Shown here: piece by piece, positions 12,747-26,205 of the stretch
Position numbering within the stretch: position 1 is the stretch's first letter
Layout of the letters: every line of letters begins with the position of its first letter
Assembly: GCF_963921235.1 (NCBI RefSeq)
Contig: NC_086110.1
Location: 21,018,001-21,082,000, forward strand
Origin: Mobula hypostoma
Taxonomy: Eukaryota
Direction: 5' to 3'
Length of the DNA: 64,000 bases
Notes under the pieces: model-generated
Seen by the model: the letters and a program-made list of their open reading frames with translations, nothing else
Told to the model about the DNA's origin: nothing
The model's database searches: none
Made by a program: the position numbers and the translations under genes

Positions 12747-13031
12747 AAACTTTAATTAACTACCACAGCCTGAAATTTCTACTGCAAAGTACAAGTTAAC
12801 TTTCACCAGAACAAGCTGCATATTTGTTCTTGGTTTTCAGTGTATTTGACAGAGAAACACATAGCGGCTTACGCACACAGACGCAATGATGATGTAAATT
12901 ACACAATTTTTTGTATCCTCGATTGGGACTGGTTGTTAAGCCTCAGAGTCGGGTTTAATTGGAAGTTTAAGGCCAATTGGCCTTTGTTAATGAGGGTTGA
13001 GCCGTTGAGAATCAGATAGGACAGTTGAGTC

Positions 13032-14230
13032 ATACACAAAATGCTGGATGAACTCAGCAGGTCGGGCAGCATTCACACACAAAATGCTGGTGACACGCAG
13101 CAGGCCAGGCAGCATCTATAGGAAGAGGTACAGTCGATGATACAGGCCAAGACCCTTCGTCAGGACTAACTGAAAGAAGAGATAGTAACAGATTTGACAG
13201 TGAGAAGGGGAGGGGGAGATCCAAAATGATAGGAGAAGACAGGAGAGGGAGGGATGAAGCTAAGAGCTGGAAAGTTGATTGGCAAAAGGGATACAGAGCT
13301 GGAGAAGGGAGAGGATCATGGGACAGGAGGCCTAGGGGGAAAGAAAGGGGGAGGGGAGCCTAGAGGAAGATAGAGAGCAGGCAAGGAGTGATTGTGAGAG
13401 GGACAGAGAGAGAAAAAAGACCCAATGCAGACTGGGAGACCGTTTCGCAGAACACCTACCCTCTGTCTGCCAGAGAAAGCAGGATCTCCCAGTGGCCACA
13501 CATTTTAATTCCACGTCCCATTTCCATTCTGATATGTCAATCCATGACGTCCTCTACTGTGAAGATGAAGTCACAATCAGGTTGGAGGAACAGCACTTTA
13601 TATTCCATCTGGATAGCCTCCAACCTGATGGCATGGACATTAATTTCTCTAACTTCCGTTAATGCCCATCTCCCCCTTCGTACCCCATTCCTTATTTATT
13701 TATTTACTTATTAATTCTCCTTCCCCCCCCCCCGCCACTTTTCTCTCTCTCTTTTTTCTCTCTCTGTCCCTCTCACAATCACTCCTTGCCTGCTGTCTAT
13801 CTTCCTCTGGGCTCCCCTCCCCCTTTCTTTCCCCCTAGGCCTCCCATCCCATGATCCTCTCCCTTCCCCAGCTCTCTGTCCCCTTTGCCAATCACCTGTC
13901 CAGCTTTTAGCTTCATCCCTCCCCCTCCTGTCTTCTCGTATCATTTCGGATCTCCCCCTCCCACTTTCAAATCTCTTACTATCTCTTCTTTCAGTTAGTC
14001 CTAACGAAGCGTCTCGGCCCGAAACATCGACTGTACTTCTTCTTATAGATGCTGCCTGGCCTGCTGTGTTCCACCAGCATTTTGTGTGTGTTGCTTGAAT
14101 TTCCAGCATCTGCAGATTTCCTCGTGTTTGCGGGCAGCATTCACGTTCACTTCCATGAATGCTGCTGATTTTCGACTGAGTTCCTTCAGCATTTTGTGTG
14201 TGTTACTTTGGACTTTCAGCATCTACAGAA
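13032..14230. mobile_element. Penelope-like element ends: inverted pseudo-LTRs around a GIY-YIG C-terminal remnant
   Basis: About 13075-13415 and 13740-14090 are inverted copies; the middle encodes RLGDRFAEHL...RLEEQHFIFHLDSLQPDGMDINFSNFR*. Confidence 0.75.
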
Positions 14231-14844
14231 TTTGTTGAATTTACCACGCTGTTCCTTCATTGGCGCTCGTTCCCTCTCTCCACATGCCGCCACTGATCGT
14301 GGGCAAAAACTCATTCACACCGCTGCAAAAGGTACAATGCGATGTTAAAAATCAGTGTAATCTCGAGGCAGCAATTTTGTGTTTATATCTCGGAGCTTTA
14401 GGGCCTGCTGGATCTTCTGATCTCCCTAAAACGTTTTTTTCCCCAGTGTAAATTCTCTGGAGCTGTTACACTTTATTCTGCATTCTGTTATTATTTTACC
14501 TCTTTGTATTGTGTAATGATTTGATTGGTATGAACAGTAGGCAAGGCAGACTTTTCACTGTACTGAGGTACATAAGACGATATTAAACTAATTCCAATTC
14601 CAGTTTATTTGCAGTGAAATTTTTATTCACACTGTTACGTAACCGGCAACAATGAATATCAATCGAGACCGGTTATATAAAAACAACCAAACATCAGGTG
14701 ATCTGCACCGGACCATTACATCATTCTCACAAGATCTCCTTGAGGAATGTGACAACATTGACACCCGTACAAAAGTAACAGGATAGACCTGAACCCGAGG
14801 GGGACCAATATATTCACTAGAAGTGTTGGGAAGGGTTTAAACTC

Positions 14845-16890
14845 TTTGGGTAGGGGATGGGAAACTGAGTGATAGGGCCATTGGTATACAAGCAGAGGTA
14901 GTGTGTAGTGAAACTGTGACGAAGGACAGGCAGATGAAAGAGCAAAATAGCCGGCAGTTGGATGAGTTGCAGTGTAACGGGGGACAAGTGCAGGGCATCA
15001 GAGCATTGGGCTCTGAGGTTTCTAAGAGCACCTGAATTTGCTAATTGTTGCTTAACAGTTATTAATGGTTTAAGAGTTCCTTGTGTTTCTCGAGCGACTC
15101 GCACTTTGTAGTGCAGTTATCTGGTGCTTTCTGTTTAAGTTTGTTAAGTTTATTTTGATAGGCTGAGATTCTGTGTTAGTTTTATTCTTGAAGCAGATGC
15201 CCGATTAGCTCCAATCGGGATGTCCTAATTTTGAGAACAATTTGTCTCACTTGGTCGAGCTACCTCTGTATAAGCTCTCGTTTCTGTCTCTACATGGAAG
15301 TCTTTATCTCCGATGTTGCCAGTGCACACCACAGCATTTATCTACCAGCATCACTGAAGGACATCTTGAACAAGTCCCTCATTCAGGACTTCCAGTGGAC
15401 ACAGATCTGTGGCCCCGTCACAATCACGGATTCGGCAGCCCAGCAGATACGGCAATTGAGCTCGTGAATATGCTCGTCTCAGCTAATTATCATTTCACTG
15501 TAATAGTACTTAACTCCATTCGTTCTGTCGTAATATTTGTCGTGACTTGGACACAGCAACACTTCGTTGCTTGCATTCTGCCTTACCTGAGGAAATTGGA
15601 CTGTTGAGTCAACTCACCCTGAAAACTAGCGGTATTCATTTACTGTTTAGTTGTTCTTTTCCAGCTGCAGTGTAGGCTTTGTTTTCCATTTGAGAGTTTC
15701 AGTTAATGGCCTTGTTTGGCCTAGCATTTATTGTTTTCTTTTCCCTTTAACACCACTCGCACTAAAGTCTGTGAACTATCGACCTGTTTCAGTGTCTCTC
15801 ACTCCACACTTGGGGCATATCTGAACTCAGTGATAACAAGACTGAAAAGGATGATGAATACAGGACTGAAGATGTTGTATTTGGATGCACTCAGTATGCT
15901 TAATAAGGTAGATTATCGTGTAGCATGGTTAGAGTTTAGTGGGTATGACGTTGTGGGCATCACTGAGTTGTGTCTGGAAGATTATAGTTGAGAGCTTAAC
16001 GTCCAAGGATACACATTTAATCAAAAGGACAGGCAGGTGTCCCCCCACCCCGTTTTATTAAAACAAATCAAATCCTTTTAGGTGACATGGGATTGGAAGA
16101 TGTGGAATCGTTGTGGGTAGAATTAAGGAACTGCAAGGGCAAGAAGTCCCATATCGGAGTTATATACAGGCCTTCAAACAGTAGCCAAGATGTGGGCTTA
16201 AAATAACAATGGGAGATAGAAAATACATGCCAAAGGTAATGTTATGATGGTCATGAAGGATTTCAATATGCAAGTAGGTTGGGGAAAATCAAGTTGGTAC
16301 TGAATTTGGATTTATAGAATGCCTATGAGATGGCCCTTTAGAGCAGTTTGTGGTTGAACCCACTAGGGGATAGGTTATTCTGCATTTGATGTTTTGTAAT
16401 GAACCAGATTGAATTAGGAAGCTTAAGGTTAAGTAACCCTTAGGAGACAGTCACCGTAATATGATAGAATTCACCCTGGAATGTGAGAGGGAGATTCTAA
16501 AGTCAGATGTTTCCATATTGCAGTGGAGTAAAGGAAATTACAGAGGCTTGAGAGAGAAGCTTGAGAGAGATGTTTCCTATAGTGGGGGAGTTTAGGACCA
16601 GAAGAGAAAACCTCATAATAGAGAGGCATTGATTTGCAATGGAGATGAGGAGGACTTTCTTCAGCCAGTGAGTGGTGAATCTGTGTAATATGTTGCCACA
16701 GGCAGCTGAGGAGGCCAAGTCATTGTGTGTATTTAAAGCAAAGGTTGATAGGTTCTGATTAGTCGGGGTGTGAAAGGTTATGGGGAGAAGGCGGGACAAT
16801 GGGTTTGAGAGGGAAATGGATCAGCCATGATCAAATGGTGGAGCAGACTCAATGGGCTGAATGGCCTAATTCTGTTCCTGTGTCTTATGG
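14845..16890 (+). mobile_element. Degenerate CR1 LINE (ORF2 endonuclease start and 3' end), interrupted by an LTR-like insert at about 14990-15838
   Basis: LKMLYLDALSMLNKVD...GYDVVGITE endonuclease start; CR1-type 3' end (...GGGCTGAATGGCCTAATTCTGTTCCT). Boundaries approximate. Confidence 0.65.
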
Positions 16891-17394
16891 TGTTCCAAAT
16901 GACAATTTTCACTTACTCATTGAATAATATTCAAGCTCCATTTTTCACCCTGACTGGAATATTGATCATCTTCAACCTTCAATACAACTTCATAGATTTG
17001 CCCTGACTGCTTTATCCATGCAGGGTTATCCCAACTCTGGACCATTCCAGTCTGCGGCTGCAGATCTCTGCAACTTCACACAGTGCTGTTCTCTGCTTGA
17101 ACACGGAGATCACCCTGACGCCCAGCTCAGAGAAAGAGATTTCATCTGTTTTCCCTTCAGCTCCCAAGAGCAGGCAGAGTGGACACAGACATGTTCCGCA
17201 CCGGAAGCTTCCCCACCATCCAAGTATTCAAAGCCCGCAACCATGACCTTACAGAGCATCTGCACCCTCCACCCTTCCTGGCAGCTGCCTGCCTGAAGTG
17301 CCTGGGTCTGGCCCTCAAAGATCTCAGTAGCTTGCTTTACACACAAGGGTGATCCCTGCAAGCTTTGTTTGTCAGCAGCCTATCCTGGGTCCTC

Positions 17395-17810
17395 TAACTC
17401 CATTTCTCCCTATCACCTTTCCCGTTTTCTTTCTCCCTCTCTTTTCTTCCTTTATTCACTTTCGTTCTCTTCCTTTTCCCTACTCCCTCTGTCTTTGCCA
17501 TACCCCTCCTCTTCTCACTCAACCACTCTCTCTACTACTTTTCCCTGCAATCCCATCGTTTTCTCCTCTGACTTTCTTCCTCCTGTTCACTCCCTCTCTT
17601 TCCTATCTCCTCTTTATTCACCTCCTTTGCTCCCGTTCCTTTCCCGTTCTCATTTCATTCTTCCCTCCTTTTCTCTCCTTCCCTTTCCCTCCACCCATCC
17701 TCTTTATTCACTCACTTCCTTCACTCCTCCTGCTTTGTCTCCCTTTGCTTTGTTTTTTGCTCCCCTTGTCTTCCCTCCTTCCCTGCCCTTCTTCCCTCCC
17801 CTTCCTCATT
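17395..17810. repeat. Polypyrimidine low-complexity tract
   Basis: About 400 bp of almost pure C/T. Confidence 0.85.
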
Positions 17811-18946
17811 TTGGCTTCAAGCTTCAGTGTGCGCTGATAAAAATTGTTGAGTGTCAAAACATTTCCTAATTCTCATTGACTGCTGCGCTAACCAGAGCAT
17901 TCAGATTGAGTATTGAACATTTAGAAAACAAACATCTGCATCTTAATTGGACAACCTCAGACCTCTATTACTGGCTGCCATTTTGATAGTGTGCTCCATT
18001 GAAAATCTGAGGAGGATTATGTCATGGAGTCAGTTATAATGCTGTGTTGACCTGACCCCAACAACACATTTACTGCTGTCCAGTTGAATACGTGTTAAAG
18101 AGCCTGATTGAAGCACTCTCCATGATAATGAAAGGAATTACTTGCAGGTTGCTTGTTTTTTCTGGTGTCTTTCACTCTACAGTTCACAGAACCCTCAGCA
18201 TTGTCAAGGACACCTCCCATCCGTCCCAAAATCTCCTTGACCTCCTACCTGAATAAGAGCCTCTATCCCCAGGCTGAGATAATCAACCTCAGATCCTAAA
18301 TATGTACCAGACTGAGATTCTAGAAGCAGCTTCCGCAAACAGAAGTATATTTCAGCAACATGAGTGCCCTCTAGGTCATCGCTATCAACTAAGGATGAAC
18401 AATATTTAAATTTTTAATTGGTGAGATATTGCAGAATTGAAATTACATTTCTTTCCTCTGTTTATTTGAGTAGACATGGTTAAAGTTTCTGTTCAAAGTG
18501 CAAAGAAAGACACTTTTGTGTAATACATTTGTATTCTACAAAATGTAACAAAGTCCTCCACCTCACCCCAAATAACTGGCGGCAAATTTAAGGAATATTG
18601 TATTTGCCCTTTAACCGTATGGTAAAAATTTGGCTTTAAATTAGACAAATAATTCACCAAATTCTCTCTGTCATTAGAAATTTTGGGGCATTTGTGACAA
18701 ATTACTGGTGGATCCATTATTTCCTATCACAAAAGGAGTTTAAGAAAAATTTGGATAGGTACGTGGATGAGAGGGGTATAGAGGGCTATGGTTTAGGGAC
18801 TAGGCAGAAGACCAGTTTGGCATGGAGTAGATGGGCTGAAGGGCCTATTTCTGGGCTGTAGTGCTCTATGACTCTCTCACACTAAATTACAAGCTGAGCT
18901 GGGCTGCACTCCACTGCAAGTTTCTCCTTCTCATCAAAGTAAAACG

Positions 18947-18952
18947 TTTATT
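18947..18952 (-). terminator. PolyA signal of agrp-1
   Basis: AATAAA about 105 nt after the stop; conserved at 54112-54117 in copy 2. Confidence 0.65.
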
Positions 18953-19056
18953 TCAACTGCAAACTTACAAGTTGCACATGGAAAGCAACATAACGTAATA
19001 TAAATCTGTTTACATCTAAAACAGAGAAGTTGTCAACAGAGCGGACATGTACAAAG

Positions 19057-19245
19057 CTAGTTCTTGCCCTGGTCACAGTCACTACCGATTTTCCTGCAGT
19101 AACAAATAGCTTTAAAGAATCTGCAGTAACAAATGGTGCATGGATCACAGCAAGGCAGAGCATGGCCAAAGCAGGACTCTAGGTGTCGAACGCATCTCCT
19201 GGGCGAACGCTCTGATCTATCCATTTCGACTGCATCGAACATCAG
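19057..19245 (-). CDS. agrp: agrp-1 last coding exon (cystine knot, RFF pharmacophore)
   Basis: LMFDAVEMDRSERSPRRCVRHLESCFGHALPCCDPCTICYCRFFKAICYCRKIGSDCDQGKN*. Confidence 0.96.
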   Translation of the reverse strand: MMFDAVEMDRSERSPRRCVRHLESCFGHALPCCDPCTICYCRFFKAICYCRKIGSDCDQGKN

Positions 19246-20965
19246 CTGTAAGAGAAAGTGTTAAAGTTTACAGAATATGAAATGTCACATACCATTTTCA
19301 ATTTCTCCAACTTTGCAACGAGAATAACTAGTTGCATTTAACATTTAAACATGGACTACCAACTATATACCCTGTGGGCCAAATGGTCTCCTCGTTCATT
19401 AAGGAGATATAATGCCGTAACCCTGGGACTATGTAAACCGGCATTGCCTCTTCCATACATAAGTCAGGGAGTGATTAAACCAACCTGGGCTAGCCCGGGT
19501 AAGGAGGGTGTCTTGGCATTCAGCAGAGCTAAGCCTGTCAATAGGCAGATGTCTCCAGGTTACTCTGCTTTAAGAAACACAAGGCAACAGAAATGACCTC
19601 ATGACAGATTAGTTGAGGCTGAAAAATGCAGGTCTTGTTGGTGCTGGAGAGGACAGAACATCGTTGCAGAAACACCTAAAGTACCCCAATATCAGAGTGA
19701 CGTTGGGATTAAAAACTGTGTGAGAATATTTCCTCATTCATAATTTTCTACTATTTTAACTAAGAAACAATTTTATATTAAATAAATACAATTCATATTA
19801 AAGAATCCTAAATATTAAATAGCAGATGATTGTGTACTAATGTTGGGCCAGAACAGTGAATAACAGAATTTAATTGAACTGCTGATGTTTCAGCTTTAAT
19901 TCGTATTATATTTTACAATATTTGTTATAAAAAGTCAAATTTTAAATGTAATTAAAAGTTGATCAGTTTACTGGATATCAGTCACTCTGCCTTTGGAACG
20001 ATAAGATATAAAAACTGGATTTACCTCAGGATTGAGCATCATCTTTTCTGACATTTGATGTTCTTTTTCCAATGTGGGTTTAGTCAGTGGACCTGAATTC
20101 ACAACATTAACAGAATTCGTCAAATGTCTATCCTGTTGTTCATGCAAACATTAAATTTCAGGGCATGAAATGGTGACTTGGTAGATTGCAATAATATTGA
20201 CCTAAAATAAAGGCTGCTGCACAAACCATTCTCTACTTTTCTCAAAGGATTTGTGTTCTACCACATTAACATTCCCCAGAAGTTTGGAGAAGAACCCAGA
20301 GAATTCAAACAAACAAAACTGACAGAGTGAACTGTAAGAACAAAGAATAAGAGACAATAGAAAGGCACTCAATCTCCAACAGACTCTCAGCCATACAGAA
20401 GACTCACTCAATGATAAAGTGAGGTTTAAGAGTAAATTATTTCTAAAGGTGACAGAGCACAACAAAAGTATGTTCTGGGTGTAATGTCAGGGATATCCAA
20501 AATGAGTTCTACATTGCTAATTAGAGACTACTCTAACAAACTGCCTATGTACATTGAATGAGAGTATTGGCTTCACGGTAAACAAGAGCTGGTCACTTAC
20601 TTTTCTTCCAGTGAAATATATTTTTGTAGGTTTCCTATGCGGAACCTGTACCATGCTCTCCCACTGGAGTCATTAATCCATTCAATATTCTTGGATAAAA
20701 TGCAACAGTCAACTGCGACTGAAGCAGTAGATAATTAGTCACACTGAGAGCCTCAGACCAGGATTAATGCAGAGAGTGCAGAATTAAATGGAGATGGTTA
20801 ATACTCACCTGCAGCAGAAAATAGGGTCTTGCCCCTGCTCAGGGATGTAAAGTCGGCATTTGTGGTCACATCTCTAACGGCGTTGGAATCCAGTTCAGCT
20901 CTGATGGCACCGAAGCAGAGAATGAGCTGTAGAGCACAGCAGTAGAGCAGCATGGCATTAACCAT
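19057..20965 (-). CDS. agrp: Agouti-related protein (AgRP1-type) copy 1, 137 aa, intact
   Basis: join(20809-20965,20025-20092,19057-19245), phases 1/0, GT/AG. Signal peptide MVNAMLLYCCALQLILCFGAIRA; RSERSPRR processing site; 10-Cys knot C-x6-C-x6-CC-x2-C-x2-CYC-RFF-KAI-CYC-x6-C. Confidence 0.93.
20025..20092 (-). CDS. agrp: agrp-1 middle coding exon
   Basis: 68 nt, (G)PLTKPTLEKEHQMSEKMMLNPE; ttcag/gtaaat; phases fit both neighbouring exons. Confidence 0.75.
20809..20965 (-). CDS. agrp: agrp-1 first coding exon (signal peptide)
   Basis: cctgcag|GTATC ATG..., 157 coding nt, gtgagt donor. Confidence 0.88.
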
Positions 20966-21142
20966 GATACCTGCAGGATAATGGCACAACACTCAGCAGG
21001 GCAGCAACACCCCACCACAAGAAAAATAATCTGTTTCTATTAATACACTGGGCAATAACCCTACTTTCTCTATCATCAGCGTATAACGCATCTGCTGAAG
21101 TTGGATCTCAGAAATCACTTTGATTTAATAATCTCCATTTAC

Positions 21143-21253
21143 CTGCAAGGAACAGCTCATGAAGTGAAAGTGAACTTTTTCATTCCCCAGTCGGTGGTTG
21201 CTGAGAGCTGCTATCTGTTTTTGAACTCCTGTGTTCACACTTCCTGGTTTATA
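21143..21253 (-). promoter_or_regulatory. agrp-1 TATA box (21248-21253) and probable non-coding first exon (about 21143-21222)
   Basis: TATAAA followed about 105 nt later by the donor CAG|GTAAAT; conserved in copy 2 (TATA 56406-56411). Confidence 0.55.
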
Positions 21254-22207
21254 TCGACTGGATTTATTAACTTCAACGTCACACTGACGCCATCACTGAA
21301 ATGGGATTTGGATCCACCTCCAGCAATGTTTCTTTAAAGTCACCTAATTTAGTTTCATGTTAGTCCTGACTGAGTGAATAGCATTCTCAGTCAGAAAGCT
21401 GTACATTTGAGTCCTACTGCAGAGATCTGAGCACAAAATCCAGCGTGCCACTTTAGTACAATGCTGAAGAGCAGTGAACTATTAGAAGTCTTTTCTTTCC
21501 ATAAGGCATTAATTCCATTTCAGGTCACAGGGCATTATCTGATGTGTTCTCCCAGGCTCCTGAGTTGACCCAAGTTGTCCATGCCAGACAAGAAATTCAT
21601 CTACACTTTGGCCAGCATGCTTTCATATACATCAACCTGTCTCTTCATTTTTTTGTGTGTGGGGGAGGGGGATTTGGAGGTCGATGTGCCTGTTCCATTT
21701 TTATTCATTTGCTTTGTGCGGGGAGGAGGGATTTGGGGTTTGATGCTCGTGCTGCTTTCTTGGTTTTGTGGCTATCGGGAGAAGAACGATTTCAGAGTTG
21801 TATACTTTGATAATAAATGAACCTTTGACTCTATGTCTCTAACAAGGAAGATAATCCAGACAATTTTATAGGCTGTAGTAGTCTGGGGCCACATGCAAGC
21901 TTAAAGGCATGTAAGGTCTTTCAAGGTAGAGGTGTTAAAACAGCATTCTCAGAACAAAAATCTGATATTATCTGAGCTCAGTATGAAAAGGGAAAGTGAT
22001 CTAACAGTGGATAGCATCACATTTATTCATGTTATGCTGCAGGAGTTTAGAAGCTGTAATAGGTAGCCTAGATGGAATAGAATCCCTGGATGTAGTGTTC
22101 TTGGATTTTTGGAAGTCCTTGATAAAGTCATGCTTAAGGGCATCCCGATGGGTGGCATGACAGTGCAGCAGACGGAGCTGCCTCATACCTCCAGCGACCC
22201 GGGATGG

Positions 22208-23305
22208 AACATAGAACATAGAATAGTACAGCACAGTACAGACCCTTCGGCCCACAACATTGTGCTGACCCTCAAACCCTGACTCCCATATAAGCCCCCA
22301 CCTTAAATTCCTCCATATACCTGTCTAGTAGTCTCTTAAACTTCACTAGTGTATCTGCCTCCACCACTGACTCAGGCAGTGCATTCCACGCACCAACCAC
22401 TCTCTGAGTAAAAAACCTTCCTCTAATATCCCCCTTGAACTTCTCACCCCTTACCTTAAAGCCATGTCCTCTTGTATTGAGCAGTGGTGCCCTGGGGAAG
22501 AGGCGCTGGCTATCCACTCTATCTATTCCTCTTATTATCTTGTATACCTCTATCATGTCTCCTCTCATCCTCCTTCTCTCCAAAGAGTAAAGCCCTAGCT
22601 CCCTTAATCTCTGATCATAATCCATACTCTCTAAACCAGGCAGCATCATGGTAAGTCTCCTCTGTACCCTTTCCAATGCTTCTACATCCTTCCTGTAGTG
22701 AGGTGACCAGAACAGGACACAGTACTCCAAGTGTGGCCTAACCAGAGTTTTATAGAGCTGCATCATTACATCGCGACTCTTAAACTCTATCCCTCAATTT
22801 ATGAAAGCTAACACCCCATAAGCTTTCTTAACTACCCTATCCACCTGTGAGGCAACTTTCAGGGATCTGTGGACATGTGTCCCGAGATCCCTCTGCTCCT
22901 CCACACTACCAAGTATCCTGCCATTTATTTTGTACTCTGCCTTGGAGTTTGTCCTTCCAAAGTGTACTACCTCATATTTCTCCAGGTTGAACTCCATCTG
23001 CCACTTCTCAGCCCACTTCTGCATCCTATCAAAGTCTCTCTACAATCTTTGACAATCCTCTACACTATCCACAACATCACCAACCTTTGTGTCGTCTGCA
23101 AACTTGCCAACCCACCCTTCTACCCCCACATCCAGGTCGTTAATAAAAATCACGAAAAGTAGAGGTCCCAGAACAGATCCTTGTGGGACACCACTAGTCA
23201 CAATCCTCCAGTCTGAATGTACTCTCTCCACCACCGCCTCCTGCCTTCTGCAGGCATGCCAATTCTGAATCCACCTGGCCAAACTTCCCTGGATCCCATG
23301 CCTTC
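22208..23305 (-). mobile_element. Young 5'-truncated CR1 LINE
   Basis: SGVPQGSVLGPLLFVIFINDLD, KFADDTK and LYKTLVRPHLEYC motifs; (TTCTAT)n tail. Confidence 0.92.
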
Positions 23306-23865
23306 TTGACCCAAGTTGCCCATGCCAGACAAGAAATTCATCTACACTCATCTACACTTTGGCCCTCATGCTTTCATACACATCAATCTGTCCAAGTGCT
23401 TCAAGAATGCTGGGATTGCATCCACTTCTACCTTCTTCTCCAGAGGCCTGACCACATATTCACAACCCTGTGTCAAAAACATTCTCCTCAGATCTCCTTT
23501 AAACCTTTCCCTCCCGCTTCAATCCACGCCCTGTAGTTTTAGAGTCCCCTACCTCTGGAAAAGTGCTGTGACCGTACCCAACCTCATCCCCTCATTCTTT
23601 TATTAACCCTTCAGATTCCTGCACTCCTGTGAGGACAATCCCAGCCTATCCAATCTTTCCTTATAACTAAAGACCTTCATTCCAGGGAACATCATGATGA
23701 ACATCTCCTTCCTTCTTTCTGGAGCTGTTGCAATATCTGATAATAATGAGTATCTATTGTTGATGAGGTAGGGGGTCATTCACATTCTTGTGTTGATTTA
23801 GCAAATGCTATCAATTTTAGTGCTCCCGCAGCTGATACTTTAGTTAGTAATAGTTTTAACAGTTT

Positions 23866-24855
23866 TAGAATCAGAATCAGAATCAGAATCAGCTTTATTA
23901 TCACTGGCATGTGTCGTGAAATTTGTTAACTTAGCAACAGCAGTTCAATGCAAAATATAATATAGAAGAGAATCAATCAATCAATCAATTACAATATATA
24001 TATTGAATAGATTAAAAATAATGCAAAAACAGAAATAATATATATATTTTAAAAAGTGAGGTAGTGTTCACAGGTTCAATGTCCATTTGGGAATTGGATG
24101 GCAGAGGGGAAGAAGCTGTTCCTAACTCGCTGAGTGTGTGCCTTCAGGCTTCTGTACCTCCTCCCTGATGGTAACAGTGAGAAAAGGGCATGCCCTGGGT
24201 GCTGGAGGTTAATAATGGATGCTGCCTTTCTGAGACACCGCTCCTTGAAGATGTCCTGGGTACTTTGCAGGCTAGTACCCAAGATGAAGCCGACTAAATC
24301 TACAACCCTCTGCAGCTTCTTTCAATCCTGTGCAGTAGCCTCCCCATACCAGACAGTGATGCAGCCGGTCAGAATGCTCTCCATGGTACATTTATAGAGG
24401 TTTTTAAGTGTTTTTGTTGATATACCAAATCTATTCAAACTCCTAATGAAGTATATTTTCTGTTTTGCCTTCTTTATAGCTGCATCGATATGTTGGGACC
24501 AGGTGGGGTCCTCAGAGATCTTGACACCCAGGAACTTGAAACTGCTCACTCTCTCCACTTCTGATCCATCTATGAGGATTGGTATGTGTTCCTACGTCTT
24601 ACCCTTCCTGAAGTCCACAATCAGCTCTTTCGTCTTACTGATGTTGAGTGCCAGGTTGTTCCTGCAGCACCACTCCACTGGTTGGCATATCTCGCTCCTG
24701 TACACCCTCTCATCTCCGTCTGAGATTCTACCAACAATGGTTGTATCATCAGCAAATTCATGGATGATATTTGAACTATGCCTAGCCACACAGTCACGTG
24801 TATATAGAGAGTAGAGCAGTGGACTACGTACACACCCCTGAGGTGCACCAGTGGG
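23866..24855 (-). mobile_element. Rex1/Babar-type LINE fragment
   Basis: EFADDTTIVGRIS, LNISKTKELIVDFRK, ERVSSFKFLGV, RNSFFPSAI; (ATTCTG)n tail. Confidence 0.88.
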
Positions 24856-25644
24856 GATAGAATATCTATCTCCCAGCTTTTATAGGACGTAGATGTTCCA
24901 ATTTGCTGGGATTGATAATGAAGGAATGACAGAGATATATCAATAATTACATTGACTCCATACCACTAGGCATTTAGATGATGTTATCAGGGATAATGAA
25001 GATAGGATTCAAACACTGGGGTTCAATAGTGTAGTGATCAGAACTGCACTCATTGTTCAAGTGCAGCCTCACCAACATCTTGTACATCTGCTTGTCCTCA
25101 TCTAGGTGTAGATGGGTTGATGGAAATTTGGACAAAATGGGTGATGGTAGGATTAGTGTGGTTAGGTGATGGAAACGTGATGTGGGGTGATCAGCCAGGC
25201 TTGATGAGTTGAAGAGCCTGTGCTGGATCTCTGTAACCATATGGAAATTCACTGCCTGGGCAACACGGAGTGGAAGCAAGATGCTGGACTTATCAAAGGC
25301 AGCATATTTGGAAATCAAACACTTTTTTTCTTAAAGATCTATAACTGACTGTAGATTACAGAATCATAGTGCACCACAGCACAGAGACAGGCTCTTCGGC
25401 CCATCTAGACCATGCCGAGCTAGTAGTTTACCTCGTCCCATTGACCTGCACCTGAACCAAAGCCATTCGTATTTCCACTATTCATGTACTTACCCAAATT
25501 TCTCTTGAATGCTGTTTGTTCCACACTCAGTCCCCTCTCTGAATGAAGAAATTCCCCCTCATTTCCCCTCCACTTCCACTGGCAGCTCATTACACACTCT
25601 CACCACTCTGTGTGAAAAAGTGTCCCCTTAAATATTTCACCTTT

Positions 25645-26205
25645 CATCCCGGTAGCCACCCACTTCAACTCTGCTTCCCACTCCCATTCAGATATGTCCA
25701 TACGTGGCCTCCTCTACTGCCATGATGAGGCTAAACACAGTTTGGAGGAACAACACCTCATATACCGTCTAGGTAGTCTCCAGCCCCTTGGTATGAACAT
25801 AGAATTCTCCAACTTCCGGTAATTCCCTCCCCCTCCCCCTCCATTCCCCATCCCTACGTCACTCTGCCCCCTCCCCCAGCTGCCTATCACCTCCCTCTTG
25901 GTTCCGCCTCCTTCTACTACCCATTGTGTTTTCCCCTATTCTTTCTTCACCTTTCCTGCCTATCACCTCCCTGCCTCCCTTACCCCACCCCTTTATCTTT
26001 CCCCTTACTGGTTTTTCACCTGGAACCTACCAGCCTTCTCCTTCCCACCCTCCCCCCACCTTCTTTATAGGGCCTCTGCCCCTTCCCCCTACAGTCCTGA
26101 CAAAGGGTTCCGGCCTGAAACGTCGACCGATCTTTTCCACAGATGCTGCCTCACCTGCTGAGTTCCTCCAGCGTGTTGTGAATGTTGTTTTGACCCCAGC
26201 ATCTG
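25645..26205 (+). mobile_element. Penelope-like element 3' fragment
   Basis: LEEQHLIYRLGSLQPLGMNIEFSNFR* followed by pyrimidine-rich pseudo-LTR. Confidence 0.75.

Noticed and set aside
17018-17350. GC-richer ORF with an acceptor-like TTTTCCCTTCAG
   Set aside because: No recognisable protein in any frame and no partner exons
17349-17869. 162-166-aa ORFs rich in L/S/P/F
   Set aside because: Artefact of the polypyrimidine tract
18365-18378. Second CTCF-like motif (CCTAGAGGGCAC) downstream of both agrp copies
   Set aside because: The 5' part mismatches the consensus; too weak
20601-20713. Possible extra agrp exon ending in a strong AAA|GTAAGT donor (mutated in copy 2)
   Set aside because: It needs a weak downstream acceptor; the 3-exon model already gives matching phases and a typical 137-aa precursor. 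RNA data would decide.
21565-23392. About 75-bp direct repeat (21565-21641 / 23306-23392) as a giant TSD
   Set aside because: It is diverged and brackets several unrelated repeats; more likely an old local duplication of a LINE remnant
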